From the NCBI RefSeq assembly GCF_009914755.1, contig NC_060929.1: 64,000 nucleotides of DNA, one strand, 5' to 3'. The notes beneath the pieces are model-generated. The model was not told where the DNA came from and did not search any database. It saw only the letters and a program-made list of their open reading frames with translations. Every line of letters begins with the position of its first letter. Positions within the stretch are counted from its first letter, which is position 1. The stretch comes from the human T2T-CHM13v2.0 reference genome, Homo sapiens. A program made the translations under genes and the position numbers. Positions 29,011 to 39,149 of the stretch are shown here, in pieces.

Positions 29011-29523
29011 GCAAAGGAGACTGCTCTTCAGGAGCAAGACCAGCCACACCGTCCAGAGGAAAGTAGATTTGAAGTGTGTGGGGACTCTGGAGCTAGACCG
29101 TGGACCTTCTAATCTTAGCACCGCCACTTCCTGACTGTGACCTCAGGCAAATGACTTAATAAGAACTAACACTTGACAGGTTTGCAAACCCCTTTACATA
29201 GAACAACTTGTCTAGTCCTCAAAATCAACTCTAAGGAAGGTAGAGTATTGCCTCCATTTACTGAAAAAGAAACTGAGGCAGAGGAGATTACATAACATGC
29301 AAAAGCCGGACTCTAATAAATGGCAGAACCCGTATTCAGATTCCTTCCTGCAGTCTGGCTTCTGCTTCCATGGCTTAACCACAACCACTACACTTTCCTA
29401 TTGCACTTGAGCTTGCAGCATGTTCATTTCCTCATCTGAGAAATGCATGTTATAATAACCCTTGCTGCATAGGGTTGCTGAGGGATGTATTGGGATAATG
29501 TGTAGAACGGGTTTGACACACAC
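29011..29523 (+). repeat. Derived copy of a 513-bp dispersed direct duplication (partner 46626-47137)
   Basis: Base-by-base comparison gives 2 substitutions and a 1-bp indel. The unit contains a (-) MIR nested in a (+) MIR. Confidence 0.97.
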
Positions 29524-29669
29524 CTTCTGATAAACAGAAGATGAAGCTATAGAAGAAAGAAGATTCTTCATGCAACTGGGACTTTTTCCTTTCTTCCTAA
29601 ATTCCTGATATCCATTTGCTTTCTTGTTATGGTGTTGATGATGATAATGAATTTGAAGACTTCTACCAC

Positions 29670-29870
29670 TGATACCACTAAATGTTTTCTCTGTGCCTGG
29701 CACTGTGCTGAGATCTTTTACATGCAGCACCTCAGTAAGCCTCACAACAACCCCTTTTATCACTAAAGAAACTGAAGCTCAGAGAGGCTAAGTAACTTGC
29801 TCAAGGTCTCACAGTTAGTAGGCTGTGGAGTGCAAATCAATTCAGGTCTGTCTGACATGTGCTCTTAATT
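29670..29870 (-). mobile_element. MIR SINE
   Basis: 'gtgcctggcactgtgct..aagaaactgaagctcagagaggctaagtaacttgctcaaggtc'. Confidence 0.8.
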
Positions 29871-29942
29871 ATTGAAGCTTTTGCTTCTTTTCCCAAAAGG
29901 GAGCATATTGAGGTTTTAGCAATTTAGGTTAATAGCTGCTTT

Positions 29943-29946
<4 letters not shown>

Positions 29947-29976
<30 letters not shown>
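29947..29976 (+). repeat. (TG)15 microsatellite
   Basis: Read directly. Confidence 0.98.
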
Positions 29977-29980
<4 letters not shown>

Positions 29981-30066
29981 TGTGTATTTAGATCCATTAA
30001 ATATAAGTCCAAGTATTTTGCTAAACGTTTTTTTACTTGCCCCATTACAGAATTAAAATACTTGAA

Positions 30067-31593
30067 CAGAGCTATAGTAACCAAAACAGCATGGTACAGG
30101 CATAAAAAGAGACACATAGACCAAAGAAACAGAATAGAGAACATTGAAACAAATCCACACACCTACAGTGAACTCATTTTTCACAAAGGTGCCAAGAACA
30201 TACACTGGGGAAAAGACAGTTTCTTCAATAAATAGCGCTGGGAAAATGGAATATCCATATGCAGAAGAATGAAACTAGACCCCTATCTCTCACCATATAC
30301 AAAAAAATCAAAATGGATTAAATAATTAAATCTAAGACCTCAAACTATGAAACTACTACAAGAAAATATTGGGGAAACTCACCAGGACATTGGTCTGGGC
30401 AAAGATTTCTTGAGCAATATCCCAAAAGCATAGGGAACCAAAGCAAAAATGGATAAAAGGGATCATATCATGTTAAAAAAAAAAAAAACTCTGCACTTCA
30501 AAGAAAACAATCAACAAAGTGAGGAGACAACCCACAGAATGGGAGAAAATGTTTGCAAACTACCCATCAGACAAGGATTAGTAACCAGGATATATAAGGA
30601 GCTCAAACAACTCTGTAGGAAAAAATCTTAATAATCTGATTAAAAAATTGGCAAAAGATTTGAATAGACATTTCTCAAAAGACATGCAAATAGCAAACAG
30701 GCATATGAAAAGGTGCTGAACATCACTGATCATCAGAGAAATGCTAATAAAAACTACAATGAGATATCATCTCACCCCATTTAAAATGGCTTTTACCAAA
30801 AGGCAGAGAATAACAAATGCTGGTGAGGATGTGGAGAGAAGGGAACTCTCATACACTGTTGGCGGGAATGTGAATTAGTACAACCACTATGGAGAACAGT
30901 TTGGAGATTCCTCAAAAAACTAAAAACAGCTACCATACGATCCAGCAAACCTACTGCTGTCTATATACCCAAAAGAAATCAATATATTGAAGAGAGATTT
31001 GCACTCCCATGTTTGTTGCAACACTGTTCATAATAGCCAAGATTTGGAAGCAACCTAAGTGTCCATCCACAGGTGAATGGATAAAGAAAATATACTTACG
31101 CACAATGGAATACATTCAGCTATAATAAAAGAAGGATATTCAGTCTTTGCAACAACATGGATGGAAGTGGAGATCATTATATTAAGTGAAAAAGCCAGGC
31201 ACAGAAAGACAAATGTCGCGTGTTCTCACTTATTTGTGGCATCTAAAAATCAAAATTGAACCCATGGAGATAGAGAGTAGAAGGATGGTTACCAGAGGCT
31301 GGGCAGGGTAGTTGGGAGGGTGGGGAGGATGGTTAATGGGTACAAAAAAATTGAATGAATAAGGCCTAGTATTAGATAGCACCACAGGGTGACTGGTCAA
31401 AAATTTAATTGTACATTTAAAAATAAAAGAGTATAATTGGATTGTTTGTAACACAAAGGATAAAGACTTAAGGGAATGGATAGCTCATCTTTCATGATGT
31501 GATTATTAGACATTGCGGTTCTGTATCAAAACGTCTCACGTATACCATAAATATACACCTACTATATACCCACAAAAATTAAAAATTTAAAAA
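30067..31593 (+). mobile_element. 5'-truncated L1MA (L1MA1-3-like): degenerate ORF2 3' part and 3' UTR
   Basis: ORF2 remnant 'RAIVTKTAWYRHK..HIDQ.NRIE'; L1MA 3' UTR 'gtataattggattgtttgtaacacaaagga..cccacaaaaattaaaaat'; TSD taaaatacttgaa at 30054-30066 and 31629-31641. Confidence 0.92.
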
Positions 31594-33406
31594 CCACAAA
31601 AAGGAGTGAGCAAAATCCCTGCAAAAAATAAAATACTTGAATAGGCTGATGATTTTACATCCTCTCTCCTGATTAAAAAAAAAAAAAAATCCGTGCTCTT
31701 GTACCCCTTCAGTTTTTCTTTTTGTTTTGGTGTTTCCTTTCTATTAACCTCCTGAAATTTTTTGAGTCAGCAGCTTTTGCAGTGCCTGTAGTCTTTTTGC
31801 TTACGGGTGAGTTTTGGTGACTTAAAGACTATCAAGAAGATATTTAAAGCTTCTGTCAATTCCTTTGAAAATAACAGAATTTAAAAAGTGGAATTTCCCT
31901 CTGTAAGTGGCTACTTTCTAGAGGAAACCTAACCTCTGGGGATCTTTGCCAAGAATAAATGGAGGGCGTATTATTTGCTGACCATTATCCTTGAGTTCAG
32001 ATAGCCTCCTCCTGTCTCCTGGCCCCAAGGTATAAATAGAGACACAGAGGAGACTGGCAGAGATCTTGCTGACAGCCCTTCCAAACTTCCAGAAAGGATG
32101 ACTCTGCCTATAGGAGTCTGTCTCATGGGTGGGCAGCTCTCCTGTTGACAAAGATGCCTTTTCAGAACAGTGGCCCCTATGGCTCCCCCGGCATCTGTGC
32201 ATCTGTCCATCCACCTGTTTCCTTGTAGGCATTTTTTTAGGTGCTATAGATGAGAAAATGAGCAAGATCTGGCTTTTACCTTCCAGGAGTTCCAGTTTAC
32301 TTGAGACAGATGCATAAATAGATGACAATATGACACTAAGTCTTTGGAGAGTATGCATGAAGGCCATGGGAACAAAGGGGAAGGGGCTGTAGGCACTACC
32401 TGGGGGAGTCCAGGGAGGCCTCACGGAGGAGGGGGCGTTTGAGCTGGACCCTGAGGAATAAGAAGGCGCTTATCAGATGGGACCAGCATAGGCAAGAGAC
32501 CAGATTTGCTAAACCAGCTATAGTACGTATTTGGAAAAGGGTTAACAAGTGGATGTAATTGATTCATTCTACCATCTATTTCCATACAGTTCGTAACTTC
32601 TGTCATTGGATGAGAAGAGATAAGGACAACAGAGAATCCCGTTCCCTGTCTAGCTTGGCAGCACTGCCCTTCTTGTTGAAAGCATTGATTTATTTGCCTT
32701 CCCCATCTGGCCTTCCAGGCTGAAGCACTGAACATTTCTACTCCATTTTTTTTTAATGTACGTTATTCTTTTGGAAAACTGTTTTGGGGAATTTGAAAGA
32801 CAAAGCTTCCACTTCATTTGTTTTCCTTAATCAAAAGCCTCTGCTGTCACTGGCAGTTCCACATTTCTTCCTCTCCAGCTTCCCCCAGAGGCACACTTGG
32901 AGATGGGAGATGGGCTGGAAATGTCTCTCGTGCAATCCATGGAGACTGCGATTGCCTCCGGAGCCTGTTCTGACTCCTTTAGTGGCCTTGCCCCTTGAGG
33001 TGCATCAGGATGAACCCTTGTCTTGGCTTTGCTCTTTGGGAAGATTTTTTTGTAAACGTGTTCTCTTTGGAAGGACAGACATTTTCTGGGCTTTTTTTTT
33101 TTTTTTTTCCTTGGACCGCCAGCCCACGCCATCCATTCTCCATCCACGATGCATTGTTTTCCATTGTGTTCTCTCTGTTCCTTTGGATCCCTGATCTGGT
33201 GTCAATGTGCGAGTAGGGAGTGGGGTGGGGGGCAGAGGGAGAGGAGGGGGTTGTTCAGGATTGAGGGCCAGGACAGTAAGAAAATATAGACTTATAATGA
33301 GAGTTTTGATGCCACTGACCACTAATTGTCAGTCTTCTTGGTAGGTACCCTTACTGTTAATAACTCAAAAGATCAGGCAGTTAAACATTATTTGATTTTA
33401 AAATAC

Positions 33407-33697
33407 TTTTTTTTTTTGAGACAGAGTCTCACTCTGTTGCCCAAACTGGAGTACAGTGGCGTGATCTCAGCTTACTGAAACCTCTGCCTCCCAGGTTCAA
33501 GTGATTCTTGTGCCCCAGCCTCCTGAGTAGATGAGATTACAGGCGTGTACCATCACACTCAGCTAATTTTTGGATTTTTAGTAGAGATGGGGTTTCATTG
33601 TGTTGGTCAGCCTGGCCTGGAACCCTGACCTCAAGTGATCCACCTGCCTCGGCCTCCCAAAGTGCTGGGATTACAGGCGTGAGCCACCACGCCCAGC
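33407..33697 (-). mobile_element. Alu (AluSx/Sz-like)
   Basis: Reverse Alu; TSD tgatttta(a/g)aatac at 33393-33406 and 33698-33711. Confidence 0.95.
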
Positions 33698-34343
33698 TGA
33701 TTTTAGAATACATTTCTTAATTGACCTTTGATTGCTTTATTGTTTTGTCAGGAACCATGAGAAATTTCAGGGTTTTAAAGAACATTTGTTCTGCTGCATT
33801 ATTGTGAGGTGAGAGAATCAGGACGCTGAAGTCAGGTGTGAGAGCTGGGAAAGGCTGGCACTGCCTATGAACCTGACCATCCCACACAGAGGCTTTATTT
33901 TGGGCAAATCATTTCGCCCAGCCTTGTTTTGCTTAGGCATTCCTTATCAAGATATTTACCAGCCGTTTGGTTAGTTGCAAGCAACAACAGCCATGCTGCC
34001 ATTCTTATGAAAACACACCCTCAGGCCCTACAGGTAGCTTCCTTACTGGGTGCCAAAGTGAAAATCCTATGACACAGCTCCCCTATTTTAGTGGATAGAG
34101 AATGTCAGGGGGATGAATGAGCCCAGAGGCCATCTGTTCTAACCCTCTGACATCCAGATTGTTCAATAGCTTTTCTGACGATGTATGCCACATGGCAGAA
34201 GTAGGACTAGAACCCTGGACTTGTTCATTTTTAGCCCTGTGCTATTTCTTCTTCACTGAGCCACTTTCTGTGTATTTGAGTGTTCCTTTAACAACCACAA
34301 AGTGATTGGGTTGATTCTAACCACATTATTTGAATTTCTGGTG

Positions 34344-34513
34344 CAGTGGTTCTCAACCCTGGCTACGCATTAGAATCAGCAGGGGAGCATTTCAAACATA
34401 CCCACGCCCAGGTCTCACTTCAGAACCTGAGTCGCTGGGTGTGGGGCCCCAGTATGAATATCTTAAAGAACTTTGTGATCTAATTCTAAAATGCAGAAAG
34501 GATTAAGAACCCT
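34344..34513. mobile_element. MER5-family MITE
   Basis: 'cagtggttctcaaccctggct..cattagaatca' ... 'attaagaaccc'. Confidence 0.8.
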
Positions 34514-35106
34514 TGTTCCAGTGTGGAGGAGGAAATAGATCCTTTCCTAAGAATTCTTAATTTGCTGACTGGACAACAGAGTTTGCTAATGCAAACCTAA
34601 TGTCATTCTTTGACCTGAGAAGATAGTTCTCTCCAGGGGCATGTTAAAGTCTAAAGCAAACATTGCTTTTCTTACTCCAGATTTGCAAGTGATTCAAATA
34701 TTCCCTGACTAATTTAGAAAGGAATATGGGGCTCAGAAACCCAACAGAAATACAGAGGTTTTCCTTTTTTTCAAAAGTGACTTGGAGGACCATCAGGAGG
34801 GCTAGAGATCCCATCCTCCCATGTCCTGCTCTACCCTCACTGAAATTTGAGAGTAAATTTGTTTTATATTGGCAATAATTAATGTCAGATCCTGGATCTA
34901 GTTGTTACAATAGGCAGCTGTTTATAATAGAAACGGCTCAGGCTTTCTCATACAACCTGTTTTTTCAAAATCCTGCAAAGGTGTTTAAAGCATAACAACT
35001 AAGGTTGTCACACCCACCCCCCCCCGACTTCTAGGATTGTTCCTGATTCCTCCTCTTTCTCTGTCTTTGGAGGGGAAGGTGGGGGGCTTGGGGAGAGGTT
35101 GCTGTG

Positions 35107-35294
35107 GGGTGTGCTGGAACTGCTGCTCAAGCTGGTTTGGGACAGCACCTCTTCCCTCAGTGACTTCACACTAGTAGCCTGAAGTTAGCCGTGGTGGGAG
35201 TATTGACAGCACGGAAATCAGCAAATGCTACTAATTCAGGATTTTTTTTTCCTCCTCGGAGAACATGTTGTTAAATGTTTACCACCATACCACA
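35107..35294 (+). mobile_element. MER63A-like hAT-Blackjack MITE
   Basis: 'ggtgtgctgg..gtggtgggagtatt..cacggaaatcagcaaatgcta..gttgttaaatgtttacca.catacca'. Confidence 0.75.
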
Positions 35295-35409
35295 TGTCAC
35301 AGGTACTCTCTGGGGAGTTCCCAAATAAAAGATATGAGTGTTTTTACCGGGGATTATATTTAAAATTTTTCTCCAAAGAAGATTCTGGATGCCTGTGGTA
35401 TTAACACCA

Positions 35410-36108
35410 CACTTTCATAAGATATCTAAAAGCCAGTTCAAACGTTTCATACTTAAACATCCAGATTCCTATCTTCCCCCAGCTCTAAATATGTTCCTTC
35501 CGTAGTCTTTACCAGATCAGTAAATGGGAACTTCATTATTCCACTTATTCCAGTGAAAAATCTTGGCGTCATCTTTCACTCACACTCCACATGCTGTCCA
35601 GTAGCAAATCCTATTGACTTTGCCTTCAGAATACAGAACAGCCAAGACTTTCAGCTCCACCGTTGCCACCAGGTCCAAGCCACCGTCATCCCTCATCTGG
35701 ATGATTGCAACGGTCTCCCGACTGGTCTCCCTGTTTCTACTCTTGTCCCTACAAGTCTGTCTGCCACAGAGCAGTGAGAATCATCTTGTAAGCATGTGTG
35801 TCCTATTACGTTGCTCAGAACCCTCCAATGCCTTCCCATCTCACTCAGAGGAAAAGCAAGGCTTTGCCAGGCCCTGGTGATCTTTCTATCTCCTTCTACT
35901 CTCCCCACTTGGTGTCTCTCTCTCTTACTCTCTCCCTTTCTCCTTCCACCCCCTTGGATATACTAGTTAATTTGCTATATTTTTGCTTTTACCAATCCTA
36001 GAACGTAAGCTCCAAGTGAGCAGGGCTCTGCTTTGTTTGCTGCTATATCTTCAGTGCCTAGAAGAATGCTTGGCTTATAGTAGGCAATACTTATCGAATG
36101 AATAAATG
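35410..36108 (+). mobile_element. L2 3' portion
   Basis: 'catctggatgattgcaac..tcccgactggtctccctg'; 3' end 'cagtgcctagaa..tagtagg..gaatgaataaatg'. Confidence 0.8.
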
Positions 36109-36152
36109 TTTGTGAGGGTGTACACACAGTGAGTGTGCATGTGTGTGCATCA

Positions 36153-36220
36153 AGCCATATGAAATTGACAGTATGTGACCACTTTTGACAGTTTTTATTA
36201 CTAGACAGTATGGAACCTCA
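36153..36220. mobile_element. Degenerate MADE2-like mariner MITE
   Basis: 'ccatatgaaattgac..gaccacttttgac' resembles the MADE2 left arm. Confidence 0.4.
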
Positions 36221-37476
36221 ACCATCATTTAGTTCAACTCTTCATTTTACAGATGAGCCCCTTGAGACCATGAAAAGGCAGATGACTTGCTTTAGGGACA
36301 GTTAGTGATGGGATCACGTTTTCTTTTTATTAGCAAAATGTTTTTGCAAGCAGAACACCCAGGTAATGTCAGTGATGTTTGGGATATTGGTCCTTCCCAT
36401 TATGGTTTTTGTCTTCATCTCTGAGCAGAAATGCTTTCAAAGAGACTTTCCTCCCCTTTGGGTAGGATAATGCTTTCCGGATCACTCAGAGAAGGCTCAG
36501 AGCTGCTCCTGCATCACCATCAATAGGGTGTCCTTCTGCACCAGTTGAGTCAGGGCCAGGAAGCACCTTCTGCTTACTGCTTTGGGCCTTTGGCGAGGAA
36601 GCTTGCAGCTCAGTGCCTTCGGCTGTGAAATCTGGACTTAACTATAAGACTTGAGCTAGGAACACTTGGAGCATGCCTAGAGCCACGTGGCTTTTAAAAT
36701 GCCAAAGTCCCAGCTCTGCAAGCATCCTCCTGCATATTGGTGCCAAGACCCCTTCCTGAGGAGTCATGTCTTGAGGAGAAAAGATCTCAGTGGCCCTCCT
36801 CATGAAAAAATATGAAGGGGGAATGCTGACTTCTTTGGTATATCTACTGTATAGTAAAATTTGAATGGTTTCATCTGATGTTTCCCAATAAATAATGTTT
36901 GATGTGAATTTATTGCTTAATAAAATTTACCAGAAGGGAGAAGAGTTGGTGGGAAGACATTTGGATTAATTTTCAAATGAATCAGGATTTAAGAGCAATT
37001 CAGGATGAAAACTCTCATGCTGACACTAAACAATAGCAACAAAGCTTGAAGTTCTTTTTCTGTGATATTGCTACTCTCAATTATCTAAAGGTTACATTTG
37101 GCTTCACCTGGAAAACCCTTTGCCCTTGGAATTCTTTAGCTACAGACTTGCATGCTTGGGTTTGAGTAGTTATGAATAATTTTCCTTAAAAATGGATGCA
37201 AAGCCTCCTAAACAGCAGGCTCAATTTGTTGAGATACATTTCACACATTTTCTTCCTGAACATTGAATCACTGGACTTCTCAAGGCTACACCTGACATCA
37301 GGATAAGTAACCTTTCAGGATGTCTGTACTAAAAACCAGGGCTTTGTCTGCAGAGATGTGGAAAAGTTTGCTAAATTCATTCTGTGCTTACAGTTGTGCT
37401 AAGAGCTAGATTTTCATAAGTCTTACTCAGTAGCCATGTCTATACTTGTGTGTGTGGCTACCTAATTTCCTATCAG

Positions 37477-37555
37477 TGGTGCAGCAAACCACCATGGCAC
37501 ATGTATACCTATGTAACAAAACTGCACATACTGCACATGTATCCCAGAACTTAAA

Positions 37556-37600
<45 letters not shown>

Positions 37601-37604
37601 AAAG
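37477..37604 (+). mobile_element. ~80-bp L1PA 3'-terminal insertion with an (AC)20 tail
   Basis: 'gtgcagcaaaccaccatggcacatgtatacctatgtaacaaa..cccagaacttaaa'; TSD aatttcctatcag at 37464-37476 and 37605-37617. Confidence 0.92.
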
Positions 37605-37789
37605 AATTTCCTATCAGAATTTGGCCCTCTGTAGAAGCTGGGAACATGTGTATGGGTTCACTTCCTTGGCTGGCTCCCATATCCTCTGTTATGGGCTTTA
37701 TCATATCTTTCTTCCAGAAACTGGAAGACTTCCCAGCCTGAAATACTTCCAAAGCATGTGATCCACCTTCCTCACACTACAGTTTTGAG

Positions 37790-38020
37790 TTTGTGAGTGC
37801 AGCTCTGGTGACTATTGCCTGGATTCAAACCTCAGCTCAGTTAGCCATTAGACTTTGGAGCAAAATCCTCTCCTTGCTCCAGTTTCCTCATCTGTAAAAT
37901 AAGAACAATAATAGCACTGCTGATCTTGCAGGGTTTTTGTAGGGATTAAGTAAGCTAATATAGGTAAAGGATTTACAACCCAACACATAGCAAGCACTCA
38001 ACAAATATTATGATTATAAT
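37790..38020 (+). mobile_element. MIR SINE
   Basis: 'cagtttcctcatctgtaaaat..gcaagcactcaacaaatattatgatt'. Confidence 0.8.
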
Positions 38021-39149
38021 ACTATCCCAATGTAGCTACATTTAAACAGATTCCCTCAATCATCAATGACTCTCCCAGTACTATCTGCTTCTCCAAGATA
38101 ATTACATGTCTGTTCAAATCATCTGGACCATCCATATGGTCATGTTCTTCATTTTGTAAGTGCTGTGTAATGGCATTTTCCTTCAGTGACCTCTCTTTCT
38201 GTACTTCCAGAACTTTCTGGCTCATTCAGTAACAGCCTGGAAGTACTGTCATGGACTCTCTCATAACCTTCCTTCCTATTCTGAAGAACTAAGGGTTTTT
38301 ATTTCTAACTAGACAATTAATGTATTTATAAACATACCCATGGCCATGTTAAACTAGCTGTAAAGCAGTTTAATTAGAGACTGCTCATTGACAAGCCCTA
38401 CAAGTATTGGGCTGGTATTCTCTCAGGAAAGGTGAAGCCACTTATGCTTCGTGAACTATTCCTGTCACTTATGACAGGTGGTGGGAGCAGTACACCTTAG
38501 CAACCCTAGGACCAGGTGGAGGGCAACTGGACGACCACCTAGAGAATGTCAGATCCAGTCCAAGGGGCAAAGAAAGGCCAGAGGCTCAGGATGAAGTAAG
38601 CATTAGGATATCTGAATGGAAGCCACAGAAAGCCAGGAAGGAGAGTCCCAGAATTGTACCCTTGAAACAGGAGCCCAAGGTCACTGCCTACAGGGTAGGA
38701 GAGGCAAGGCAGATGTAGTGCAGATGGTCAGTGAACAGATGATGCAGTGAGTAATTTCTGAGACCTTGTTGGCTCAAGCCACTTTCCAAGGGCCAGGTGT
38801 GTACTTACCTGCCACCCAATATCAAATAATTCCAGAACCACCTTTAGGTCTTGGCCTACCTGTGTAAAGGATAAATGGATATAAGCTTGTGTTATAATTC
38901 AATTATAATTAAAGTCTCCACCCACATTTGAGTCCACTGCAGACAAGAACTCAGTAAATGCCCCCTCCCTGGCTTCCATGCAATGCTCTCCTTTGCTTCT
39001 CCTCCTACCGCTTTGGTATTACCTTTGCAGTCTTCTTCGCAGGCTTTTCTTCATTTCCGTTTTAAATGTTGATGTTCCTCAGAATTCTTATTATCCTTCT
39101 CTTCTCTTCTCATTCTTCCCCTCTCTGTATAATCTTGTCTATATTTTTT

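Noticed and set aside
29948-31259. ORFs of 60-95 aa with ORF2-like motifs
   Set aside because: They are frameshifted remnants of L1MA ORF2.
31890-31899. Perfect NF-kB site GGAATTTCCC, scattered AP-1 sites and a CTCF-like motif near 57708
   Set aside because: Isolated short motifs are expected by chance in 64 kb, and there is no supporting context.
31918-32424. Longest ORF (168 aa, minus strand)
   Set aside because: It overlaps L2-like decayed sequence, has no recognisable domain and no supporting splice structure; the length is within chance expectation.
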